Source of the DNA: Fibrobacterales bacterium
GTDB taxonomy: Bacteria; Fibrobacterota; Fibrobacteria; Fibrobacterales; JAOPTW01
NCBI GenBank assembly: GCA_051532055.1
Contig: JAOPTX010000004.1
Coordinates: 141,378-205,377 of the forward strand
Length of the DNA: 64,000 nt
Direction: 5' to 3'
Below, one piece after another: positions 49,656 through 58,365 of this stretch (positions are counted from its first letter, which is position 1; every line of letters starts with the position of its first letter). A program made the translations under genes and the position numbers. The notes beneath the pieces were generated by a model. The model worked only from the letters and a program-made list of their open reading frames with translations, did not search any database and had not been told where the DNA came from.

Positions 49656-49862
49656 AAAGTCTAAATGTTGAAGAACGGAGTTCGGCGAGGGTTTCTAGAA
49701 ATTAGGCAGCAGGGGCTTGGAAAATAGCAATTGATGCACCTACCGGTTTTGTAATAGACTGGGTAATTGTACAATTTTGATATTGTTCACAGAATTTGTG
49801 ATATTTTTGGTGTTTTACTAATACTTACTGTATACTACTAGAAGAAATTAGTCGAGGTCAAT

Positions 49863-50771
49863 ATGTATAATATCAAAAATTTACTTGTAGCCATGGTGGT
49901 GTTTAGTTCAATGAGTATGGCGCAAAATATTGGAATTACATGGGTTGGAGAGTCAGGAATGGCTCGTCGAGTTAACTCAGGACTTTCCCTTGAGTTATCA
50001 CAAAAAATGCCGAGTGCAAAAATCACTTTTAAAAATGAGTTGAAAACGTTAGATGAAATGGCTGGTGTTATTAAAGGGTGGGAGAAATCTATGGATGCCA
50101 TTGTAGTGCTGCGTTCCAATGGTGCCAAATGGTTAGCCAAAAATAAAGTTTCAAAACCGGTATTTATCGGTGGATGTAATAATCCCGTCCAGCTTGGAAC
50201 AGTCTCTTCTCTTGATAAACCAGGAGGCTCTATAACAGGAGTAACTTATTATATACCTGTTGAAAAGCAGTTTGAAACATTCACCAAGATTCTTCCTGAT
50301 ATGAAAAAAATTGTCTTACTTGTAGAAAAGGGGCACCCGTCATCTACAATAGATATAAATGAGACCAAAGCTGTTGCGAAAAAACGAGGAATGACTCTCA
50401 GTATTGAAGAGATTGATTCAAAATTAAGTGCAAGCAAAGCGGTAGCGAAGCATAAAGATAACGTCGATGCGATCATTCTTGGGAATCAGGCAAAGGTATT
50501 TGATAACGCATTTCTTATTGTCGAGACTGCAGGCAAAACTCCAACACTTTCTTTTTCGGGTAAACCGGTTAAAATGGGTGCACTTGCAGGGCTATCCGCT
50601 GATGATACTTTATTGGGGCAGATGCTCGCTCAATCTGTTATGGCGTATGTAAAAAAAGAGAAAGCTATGAAAGATATTCCGATAAAAACAGATCAAAATC
50701 CTCTTTTAAAAGTGAACCCAAAAACTGCCAAAAAGTTGGGGATAGCCATTAATCAAGATTTAATTAAATAA
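49863..50771 (+). CDS. ABC transporter substrate-binding protein (PF04392-like), orphan
   Basis: Signal peptide, PV.LG.V.SL.KPGG.ITGV, LG.M.A and L.VN.KTAKKLGI.I. Confidence 0.85.
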   Translation: MYNIKNLLVAMVVFSSMSMAQNIGITWVGESGMARRVNSGLSLELSQKMPSAKITFKNELKTLDEMAGVIKGWEKSMDAIVVLRSNGAKWLAKNKVSKPVFIGGCNNPVQLGTVSSLDKPGGSITGVTYYIPVEKQFETFTKILPDMKKIVLLVEKGHPSSTIDINETKAVAKKRGMTLSIEEIDSKLSASKAVAKHKDNVDAIILGNQAKVFDNAFLIVETAGKTPTLSFSGKPVKMGALAGLSADDTLLGQMLAQSVMAYVKKEKAMKDIPIKTDQNPLLKVNPKTAKKLGIAINQDLIK

Positions 50772-50791
50772 AGATAATTTCAAGTAGCAAT

Positions 50792-50820
50792 AAAGCTGTC
50801 TTTTTAAGGCGGCTTTTATT
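50792..50820 (+). terminator. Probable intrinsic terminator
   Basis: AAAGCTGTCTT...AAGGCGGCTTT stem with G-U pairs, followed by TATT. Confidence 0.55.
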
Positions 50821-51018
50821 GTTCTCAAAATGAGGCTCTCTATAATTTGTGGTCTTTGATACACCAAAGGCCATGGGAAAATGTAACTCTCAAAAGTGTA
50901 ATAAATTCTTAAACTTTCCGTAAGGAAGGTAATTCTATAAAAAATAAATGAAAAAACTATTTTTGCATATACACATACACACTTTCTGTGTGCTCGATTC
51001 AAATACTGGGGGGTATTT

Positions 51019-52377
51019 ATGAATGCAAAATTAGTAACAGTTTTTATGCCAACGTTCATGTACATATTGTTTTTTATGACCAGCTGCTCTAATACAATTA
51101 ATGGGGAAAGTTCTGTAGTAAATCTAATGAGTAGTGATGTAGCAAATGATGACTCATCAGAACAAATGAGTGGTAATGACGTGACAAGCTATTCAAAAGC
51201 GTTGAGTACAGGTGAGTCAAGTGAGAGAAGTCAGCTAAGCAGTGAAGAAAATGTAACGAGTCATAACTCAGAAAAATCCTCCGAAGAATATGAAAAATCG
51301 AGTAGTGATTTGCTCATACTCTCTCAAACACTCCCGACTGAGGTGGTCTATTCACCCTCAAAGCCAATAATAGATTTTGATCGCACTATTCCATCAAAAG
51401 TATCAACGAGTGGATATCAGTTACTCGTTCAAAATCAAGAAAAGGGTAAACTCCTCATTCAACGTTCTTACAAAATTAAATCGATTTGTTGGAGTCCTTC
51501 AGGTGTAGGTGAACGGGGTGATACAGGGGAATACCCTCAACATTATTCAGCGTATAGTGTAACAGATGTTCCCTTAATTTCAGCTATGAATGCAAATACA
51601 GTGAGAACCTATGATGCCTTTGAACAAAATGAAAAAGGATTGCTGGTGTTAGATCAGCTGTACGAAAATGGTATTATGGTGATAATGCAGGTGGCATCGT
51701 GGTATGGGGCTTTTCCTGAAAAAAAGTATATGAAAGCCGTTCGTTTCTTTAAAAATCATCCAGCGATTCTTATGTGGCAAGTAGGTAATGAGTTTAATTA
51801 TACTAATCTCTACAGTGATGGAAAATTAACAGATGTCGAAGCCGTCACTGCAGTAAAAACTGCTCTCACTGATATTAAAAATGAAGATCCGAATCACCCT
51901 GTGTCAGTGGGATACGGAGAAGGTTTTGCTGATGTTTATGCTCAAATTGAAGAGGCTGATATTTGGTCCCTCAATATCTATCGGGGTGAAAAGCTTGGAG
52001 ATGTATTTGAAGAGTGGAAAGAAATTTCACAAAAGCCTCTCCATATTTCAGAGTATGGCTCAGATGCTTTTGATAATGAAAATGATAGAAAAGATGAAGA
52101 CGCGCAAGTGTTGAGTGATTCACTCTTGACCACTATCATTATGAGTAACTTTTCTGCATTAGATGCGAGAAATGTTGCAGCAGGAGGGAGTCTCTATGCC
52201 TTTAATGATGAATGGTGGAAGTCGGGTGAGTATGAAAATCAAAATGAAAATGGCTTTCCCAATGGAGGGGTGTTTCCTGATGGTTATGCTAATGAAGAGT
52301 GGTGGGGCGTAGTTGATATTAATCGAGTACCCCGGGCGGTGTATTATACAATGCAAGAATTGTATAATGAGGAGTAA
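51019..52377 (+). CDS. Clan GH-A (GH2-like TIM barrel) glycoside hydrolase lipoprotein
   Basis: MTSC lipobox, Ser-rich linker, ANTVRTY, KNHPAILMWQVGNE (acid/base), DPNHPV, KPL.ISEYG (nucleophile) and DEWWK. Confidence 0.82.
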   Translation: MNAKLVTVFMPTFMYILFFMTSCSNTINGESSVVNLMSSDVANDDSSEQMSGNDVTSYSKALSTGESSERSQLSSEENVTSHNSEKSSEEYEKSSSDLLILSQTLPTEVVYSPSKPIIDFDRTIPSKVSTSGYQLLVQNQEKGKLLIQRSYKIKSICWSPSGVGERGDTGEYPQHYSAYSVTDVPLISAMNANTVRTYDAFEQNEKGLLVLDQLYENGIMVIMQVASWYGAFPEKKYMKAVRFFKNHPAILMWQVGNEFNYTNLYSDGKLTDVEAVTAVKTALTDIKNEDPNHPVSVGYGEGFADVYAQIEEADIWSLNIYRGEKLGDVFEEWKEISQKPLHISEYGSDAFDNENDRKDEDAQVLSDSLLTTIIMSNFSALDARNVAAGGSLYAFNDEWWKSGEYENQNENGFPNGGVFPDGYANEEWWGVVDINRVPRAVYYTMQELYNEE

Positions 52378-52428
52378 TATAAATTTTATATGATAGGATA
52401 TATGGTTGGTGATAGCGCACCTTGTATC

Positions 52429-53241
52429 TTACTTCTTAGAAATATAGCGGAGTAGCAACCAACGAACAACCTGATAAGGAAGGATCTTCATCCATCGCTT
52501 TACCCATTTGGCATCTGGTCCAACGGTAACAATAATTTGTGATGGTTTTCGATCAATGAGGTTTAGAATTACTTTGGCAACATTCTGTCCATCAGGATAC
52601 TTTACAGATTGATCCTTCTTGTGGTCAAGAAAGGGACCAAGTTTAGTGTGATAGGGAGTTGCTTTGTTTATCACTGGTGCAAGACGATTATGAAACTCAG
52701 AGCGTATCCAGCCAGGCTCTAAAACATGAGTGCGAATGCCAAACTCAGCTACTTCCATATCGAGTGCAAGTAAGAAGCTGGTAAGTGCTGCTTTACTAGC
52801 ACAGTATTGTGCCTTAAAAGGGAAGGGGAGTCTGGTGACTAGAGAGCCTAACGCAATAATTGTTCCCGTTCTACGCTCTCTCCAGTGAGGAAGGAGTGCT
52901 TGGATAAGTGTGACATGACCGAAGTAGTTTATTTCAAAGAGAATGCGTGAACTTTTGAGTGGGGTATCTTCTACAGAGCCAACTTCTCCAATGCCCGCAT
53001 TAGCGATATAGATGTCGATTGTTGCAATGTTCACTGTTGATGACGATAAGAATGCACCTATTGACTCTTGGCTGCTGAGGTCGAGCTCGTGCATAGTAAA
53101 AGAGTGTAAGGAGTTTTGAGTAGAAAACCGTTCGAGGGAACGGCAGGTGCCAATAACTTCGAAACCTTGAGTTGTAAGGAGATTAGCGGTAGCAAGTCCG
53201 ACACCCGATGAGGCGCCGGTTACCAACACTCGTTGTGTCAT
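52429..53241 (-). CDS. Short-chain dehydrogenase/reductase
   Basis: VTGASSGVG, ANAG, YCASK and LEPG. Confidence 0.92.
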   Translation of the reverse strand: MTQRVLVTGASSGVGLATANLLTTQGFEVIGTCRSLERFSTQNSLHSFTMHELDLSSQESIGAFLSSSTVNIATIDIYIANAGIGEVGSVEDTPLKSSRILFEINYFGHVTLIQALLPHWRERRTGTIIALGSLVTRLPFPFKAQYCASKAALTSFLLALDMEVAEFGIRTHVLEPGWIRSEFHNRLAPVINKATPYHTKLGPFLDHKKDQSVKYPDGQNVAKVILNLIDRKPSQIIVTVGPDAKWVKRWMKILPYQVVRWLLLRYISKK

Positions 53242-53244
53242 TGT

Positions 53245-54129
53245 TTATTTCTTTGTCGTTTGATTAGGAAGAATTTTTTCTCTGTAGTACCAAAGGCCAA
53301 TAGAGAAGAGCATCATACCAATGCAGAGGAGTTGTCCACGAGAGAGTCCCAGAAGGTTGAGTCCAATGTGTGCATCAGGTTCTCTAAAGTATTCAATAAA
53401 GAATCTAAAGAAGCCATACCCAAAGATGTAGATGGATATAACATGATTTTTAAAAAATGCTGTTTTTCTAAGGAACCATATTGCTGTAAAGAGCACGATG
53501 CCTTCAAAAAATGCTTCATAAAGTTGTGATGGGTGACGTACCATTTGGGTTTTGTCACTCAAAAACACCTGACCAATTGCTGCATCAGTAGAACGACCAA
53601 AGAGTTCACCATTCAGGTAATTACCAATGCGCCCCCAGGTATATCCAATAGGCACTACACTAAACATAAGGTTCATGAGTTTAGAGACATCGATTTTTTC
53701 ACGACGCATATAATACACACCAAAGAGTATTGCACCGATAAGTCCACCATGGTACGACATACCTGATATGCCTTTAAACGTCCAGAGAGAAAGTTCAAAA
53801 ATCTCTGCAAATGAGTTACCATCCCATGAAACAGGAGCGATAATATCGAGAGGATTTTTGAGGTAATAAGAGAAGTTGTAGAAGAGCACATAACCAAGAC
53901 GAGCTCCAACGAGTACACCACCAATGGTCCACGTTGCAATGCCTTCGAGTTGTTCTGGAGTAAAGCCCTGACGTTCTTTTTTGTTTAAATATTTTAAAAG
54001 CGTGTATGATGTTGCGAATGCAAAAATATACATCAGGCCATAATATTTTATGGGAATCCCAATATCAATCAGTGTACCATCAAATGTTAAGGGGAATTTG
54101 TTCCACCAGCTGAGTGCTTGTTCGTTCAT
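53245..54129 (-). CDS. lgt: Prolipoprotein diacylglyceryl transferase
   Basis: YYGLMY, GARLGYVLFY, GMSYHGG, GRIGNYLNGELFGR, RHPSQLYE and RFFIEYFREPD. Confidence 0.96.
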   Translation of the reverse strand: MNEQALSWWNKFPLTFDGTLIDIGIPIKYYGLMYIFAFATSYTLLKYLNKKERQGFTPEQLEGIATWTIGGVLVGARLGYVLFYNFSYYLKNPLDIIAPVSWDGNSFAEIFELSLWTFKGISGMSYHGGLIGAILFGVYYMRREKIDVSKLMNLMFSVVPIGYTWGRIGNYLNGELFGRSTDAAIGQVFLSDKTQMVRHPSQLYEAFFEGIVLFTAIWFLRKTAFFKNHVISIYIFGYGFFRFFIEYFREPDAHIGLNLLGLSRGQLLCIGMMLFSIGLWYYREKILPNQTTKK

Positions 54130-55487
54130 TGTTGTGCTACCTCAATATCTTTGTTGCGGGAAATATAGCGTTCCCAATAATTAACCATGAGTCCCGCCAT
54201 GTCAGAAGATTTAAGACTGCGGTACTCGCCGTGATATTGCATTACGAGCATTATCACAGCGTCATCAATGTCATTTTTATTATACGCCCAACCTAAAAAC
54301 CAGTCATAGCGTCCTTCTGGGTCACTGCCATCCAAAGATCCTGTCTTGCCACCCGTAATGTATTTGCGTTGATTAGAACGGTATACATGTTTACGCATTG
54401 CAGTACGAGCCGTGCCCGCTTTGGTTGTGCGGTTAAACATTTTGCGGAGACCCGCATATGTTTCGTCAGAGAATGTAGGAAATTTCATGTCAATAGGCTT
54501 GTGGTGAATGTACCCTGCGAGTTCTTTTGACCAAGGGAGCTCGAATGGTTTACTATACAATATTGAGCGTGCGATTCCAGCGGCTTGAAGAGGTGATATT
54601 GTATTGAGTTCAGTAAACCCTGATGCTGCTTCTTTAAGTGCATAGCCTGAATCTATTTTGAGGAACTCTGAACGGTTCGGTATGTTATTGGGGAATGTTG
54701 TGTTAAACCCAAATTTTTCTGCGGCCGTATGCATACGTTCCGCACCTACTCGTGCTCCCAATACTGCAAATGCAGGGTTCATAGAGAGGGAAAATGCTTT
54801 TTCTAATGAAACAGTATGTCCTGAATAGTTTTTGGGTGGATTAACCTGTCGACGGTAGAGGGTCACCGTCCGACCAATTTGAGGGAGCTGGGATGAGTTT
54901 GAATATTTTTTTGATTCAAGAGCAGCTGCGGCAGTAACAATTTTACTGAGTGATGCTGCAGGAAAAGTAGAACGGGTAATAAAATCGGGTATAACAGAGA
55001 GGAGTGAGTCTTTTCGCTCCCCCCATGCAAGCACCTCATTTGATTTGCCGTCGACTAACAGAATAAAGGCTCCTGCCGGTTTGTGCCGATTTAACCGGAT
55101 TTTAATCATTGCCGCTAATGAAGAATCTTTTTGTAATGAGTAATAGTGCTCCATATCCATATCAGAGTCTAAGAGCATTTTTTTGTCTGTTTTGGGTGAC
55201 GGTACCTTTTCTACAGATAGTGGCGCAACAGAGGCAACTACTTTTGAAGGCTTCTCTGGTTGTGGCTCTGGGCTAGAAGTGAGATTGGCAGTATTTGTGG
55301 TCGCTATTTCATTGGCAGTAGCCGTGTTGTTTTCAATATCCTCTTCTGATGAAGGCGTTGATAATAACAGATGAGAAATAATAACAACAGCAGTAATACC
55401 AAAAAGCCCCCTAATTACAGGGCGCTTTTTTGAGGTAGAGTATTTTTTGTAAGAGCCTCCGTAATCGTAATTGGGAAAATTACTCAT
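54126..55487 (-). CDS. Membrane-anchored penicillin-binding protein, transpeptidase domain only
   Basis: TM anchor and linker, then SxxK (FPAASLSK), SxN (SMN) and KTG (GGKTGS). Confidence 0.85.
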   Translation of the reverse strand: MSNFPNYDYGGSYKKYSTSKKRPVIRGLFGITAVVIISHLLLSTPSSEEDIENNTATANEIATTNTANLTSSPEPQPEKPSKVVASVAPLSVEKVPSPKTDKKMLLDSDMDMEHYYSLQKDSSLAAMIKIRLNRHKPAGAFILLVDGKSNEVLAWGERKDSLLSVIPDFITRSTFPAASLSKIVTAAAALESKKYSNSSQLPQIGRTVTLYRRQVNPPKNYSGHTVSLEKAFSLSMNPAFAVLGARVGAERMHTAAEKFGFNTTFPNNIPNRSEFLKIDSGYALKEAASGFTELNTISPLQAAGIARSILYSKPFELPWSKELAGYIHHKPIDMKFPTFSDETYAGLRKMFNRTTKAGTARTAMRKHVYRSNQRKYITGGKTGSLDGSDPEGRYDWFLGWAYNKNDIDDAVIMLVMQYHGEYRSLKSSDMAGLMVNYWERYISRNKDIEVAQQ

Positions 55488-56035
55488 ACTTTTTTGGGGT
55501 CCTTCAGGATGGTCTTCCGGTAGTACTTAAGCTCTTCTATGCTTTCTTTTATATCAGAGAGTGCCTGGTGCTTCTCTAGTTTTTCAAATTTCGGTAGTCG
55601 AGGATACCAACGGGCCGCAAGCTCTTTGAGCGTCGATACATCAAGATTTCGATAATGAAGATGCTCACTTAACTTTGGCATATATTTGTATAAAAAGCGA
55701 CGATCTTGTCCGATTGAGTTCCCGCAGAGTGGGTTGGTATTCACATCAGTGTATTTTTTAACAAATTCAAGAGTTTTTATTTCGGCATCTTTGAGTGAAA
55801 AGGCGCTTCTTCGAACGCGTTCTATGAGTCCAGATTCGCCATGGTGTTTAGTGTTCCATTCATCCATGCCTTTAATAACCGACTCAGGTTGGTGAATCGC
55901 AATAACCGGACCTTCCGCTATGGGATATAGGTTGAAGTCCGTAATAATAGTAGCTATCTCGATGATAACATCGGTCTCAGGCTCTAAGCCTGACATCTCA
56001 AGGTCCATCCAGACAAGGTTGGTTTTTTTATCCAT
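55484..56035 (-). CDS. orn: Oligoribonuclease
   Basis: [50 protein letters not shown] and H.AL.DI.ESI.EL.YYR. Confidence 0.96.
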   Translation of the reverse strand: MDKKTNLVWMDLEMSGLEPETDVIIEIATIITDFNLYPIAEGPVIAIHQPESVIKGMDEWNTKHHGESGLIERVRRSAFSLKDAEIKTLEFVKKYTDVNTNPLCGNSIGQDRRFLYKYMPKLSEHLHYRNLDVSTLKELAARWYPRLPKFEKLEKHQALSDIKESIEELKYYRKTILKDPKKV

Positions 56036-56115
56036 TAAGTATCTAAAATCAGTAGAATATGCAGGGAAAATTAGTAAATTTAGCCATTATTTGTTGTCAT
56101 AAATGGAGTGACTGA

Positions 56116-57348
56116 ATGGAAGAAGTTGTTATTACCGGATTAGGCGTTGTTTCTTCGCTTGGTAACGAGGTTGATGAACTCTGGTCTAATTTAGTAGCCG
56201 GAAACTCTGGAATATCTAATATCGAAAGATTTGATACTGAAAAATACTCAGTAAAGTTTGCAGGTGAAGTAAAAAAGTTTGATGCATCCCCCTATTTTTC
56301 TGAACGCGACGCTAAAAGAACAAGTCGTAATATCATGTATCAGGTGCATACTGTTGAAAAAGCAATAGAAATGGCTGGACTTGCGAGAGATGCAGTTGAT
56401 AAAACGCGTGCTGGCGTTATACTTGGTTCAGGTATGGGCGGTATGGAAATTTATCAATCAAGCTCAGTAGCTAATATTAATAAGGGCCCACGTAGAGTGT
56501 CTCCCTTCTTTGTACCTATGGCTATTACAAACATGGCTGCTGGTGAAGTAGGTATTCGTCTTGGATGGATGGGGCCAAACTGGTCAACCGCTTCAGCATG
56601 TGCAACGTCTAACCATGCAATAATGACTGCAGCAGACCAAATTCGTCTCGGTCGTGCTGATGTTATGATTGCGGGTGGCTCGGAAGAAGCTGTTTGTGAA
56701 ATTGGTGTTGCGGGCTTTGCTTCAATGAAAGCGCTTTCTACACGTAATGATGACCCAGCAGCGGCATCGCGTCCATTTGATGTTGATCGTGATGGCTTTG
56801 TTATTGGTGAAGGTGCTGGTGCAATTGTACTTGAATCTGAATCTCATGCAAAAGCCCGTGGTGCAACAATTCTTGCACGTCTTTCTGGTTATGCAGCTAC
56901 TTGTGATGCGTATCATATGTCGGCACCTCGTGAAGATGGTGCAGGTGTAGCAATGTGTCTTGAAAATGGATTAAAATCTGCAGGACTTTCTACTTCAGAT
57001 ATTGGGTATGTAAATACTCATGGCACTTCTACTCCTCTCGGTGATGTAGCGGAGTGTGGCGCTGTAATGAAAGCATTTGGCAGTAATCCTGCACAATTAA
57101 AAGTTAACTCCACAAAGTCAATGATTGGCCATGGTCTCGGTGCTGCATCTGCTATTGAAGCAGTCGTAACAATTAAAAGTCTCATGGAGCAAAAACTTCA
57201 TGGAACACTCAATCTTACTAATCAAGATCCAAAAATTGAACTCGACTGCTGTGCAAATGGCCCCGTTGATCATAAAATGGACTATGCAATTAGTAATTCA
57301 TTTGGTTTTGGTGGACATAATTCATCAGTTATTTTTGGAAAAGCATAA
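56116..57348 (+). CDS. fabF: Beta-ketoacyl-ACP synthase II
   Basis: VVITGLG, GPRRVSPFFVP, SACAT, RPFD.DRDGFVIGEG, HGTSTPLGD, STKSMIGH and SNSFGFGGHN. Confidence 0.96.
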   Translation: MEEVVITGLGVVSSLGNEVDELWSNLVAGNSGISNIERFDTEKYSVKFAGEVKKFDASPYFSERDAKRTSRNIMYQVHTVEKAIEMAGLARDAVDKTRAGVILGSGMGGMEIYQSSSVANINKGPRRVSPFFVPMAITNMAAGEVGIRLGWMGPNWSTASACATSNHAIMTAADQIRLGRADVMIAGGSEEAVCEIGVAGFASMKALSTRNDDPAAASRPFDVDRDGFVIGEGAGAIVLESESHAKARGATILARLSGYAATCDAYHMSAPREDGAGVAMCLENGLKSAGLSTSDIGYVNTHGTSTPLGDVAECGAVMKAFGSNPAQLKVNSTKSMIGHGLGAASAIEAVVTIKSLMEQKLHGTLNLTNQDPKIELDCCANGPVDHKMDYAISNSFGFGGHNSSVIFGKA

Positions 57349-57357
57349 GGAACATAT

Positions 57358-57870
57358 ATGAGTAATATTAAAGCAGTAATTGAAACAAGCAAAGGTACTA
57401 TTAACCTTAATCTCTATACAGATGAGACACCGGTAACAAGTGCAAACTTTATTAACCTCGCAACTCGTGGTTATTATAATGATTTAATGTTCCATCGCGT
57501 GTTACCTGACTTCATGATTCAGGGTGGCTGTCCTGATGGAAATGGAATGGGTGGCCCAGGCTATCGTTTTGAAGATGAATGCAAGGCTGAGCTTTGTCAT
57601 GATAAACCAGGTATTCTCTCTATGGCTAATGCTGGTCCAGGAACAAACGGTTCACAATTTTTCATTACTCACACACCTACTGATTGGCTTGATGGAAAGC
57701 ACACAGTTTTTGGTTGTGTTGTTTCAGAAGCTGATCAAGAAATTGTTGATGTAATTGAACAAGGTGACGCTATCAAAACTATCGTTATCGAAGGTGATTA
57801 TCAGCCGGTTCTTGATGCGCAACAAGCACGTCTTGATGAGTGGAATCCTATTCTTGATGCTAATTCGTAG
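57358..57870 (+). CDS. Cyclophilin-type peptidyl-prolyl cis-trans isomerase
   Basis: FHRV..DFMIQGG, LSMANAGPGTNGSQFFIT and WLDGKHTVFG. Confidence 0.95.
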   Translation: MSNIKAVIETSKGTINLNLYTDETPVTSANFINLATRGYYNDLMFHRVLPDFMIQGGCPDGNGMGGPGYRFEDECKAELCHDKPGILSMANAGPGTNGSQFFITHTPTDWLDGKHTVFGCVVSEADQEIVDVIEQGDAIKTIVIEGDYQPVLDAQQARLDEWNPILDANS

Positions 57871-57897
57871 TCATTGATTTCAAATCACACTTTTTAG

Positions 57898-57929
57898 AAA
57901 GACCAGTAGTTATGCTACTGGTCTTTTTT
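57898..57929 (+). terminator. Intrinsic terminator after fabF-cyclophilin
   Basis: AAAGACCAGTAG-TTATG-CTACTGGTCTTT followed by TTT. Confidence 0.85.
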
Positions 57930-58365
57930 GTTATTAAGTTATTCAGAATTTAATTCCCCAATAAATGTTGTTTTAAAACCTTTAATTTTTATCTAAAAAT
58001 TTTAAGCAAGCACAGGTTCCATATACATTGATGCTGTGGACTATCAGTACTTTTATAGGAGTGGATTGCTTCCTTATCGTAAGCACGTGTAACCCTTTAT
58101 ATATGATGGTAAAGAGTGAGTCAAATGTGAACTTTTTTTTACATAAGTAACTGTGGTATCCTTGGGTGCCTGTACCTCTTTGTCAATAAGGGATATGTTA
58201 AAGGGATCTCTTAATGTTTTCGAATAAAATAGTGCTTAACTTTTTTAAGCAGATGTTCTCTGTTGAGTATAGTTTTAATATTTGTATTTTTTTAGGCGAT
58301 ATCAATCGCTTCCCTATAAAAGTAGATATCTACCTAATATTAACTAACCAATTTAAGAGGGCTCC

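Noticed and set aside
58126..58143. TGTGA...TTACA as a CRP site
   Set aside because: The spacer is 8 nt rather than 6.
58276..58302. TAAT-N15-GGCGATAT upstream of the CBM32 adhesin
   Set aside because: Three mismatches to the sigma28 consensus in very AT-rich DNA make it too weak to call.
57930..58365. Long intergenic region and 61 aa ORF (58214-58399) as a possible ncRNA or small gene
   Set aside because: No recognisable RNA family or stable structure is visible. The ORF has no ribosome-binding site and overlaps the next gene, so this is most likely promoter DNA.
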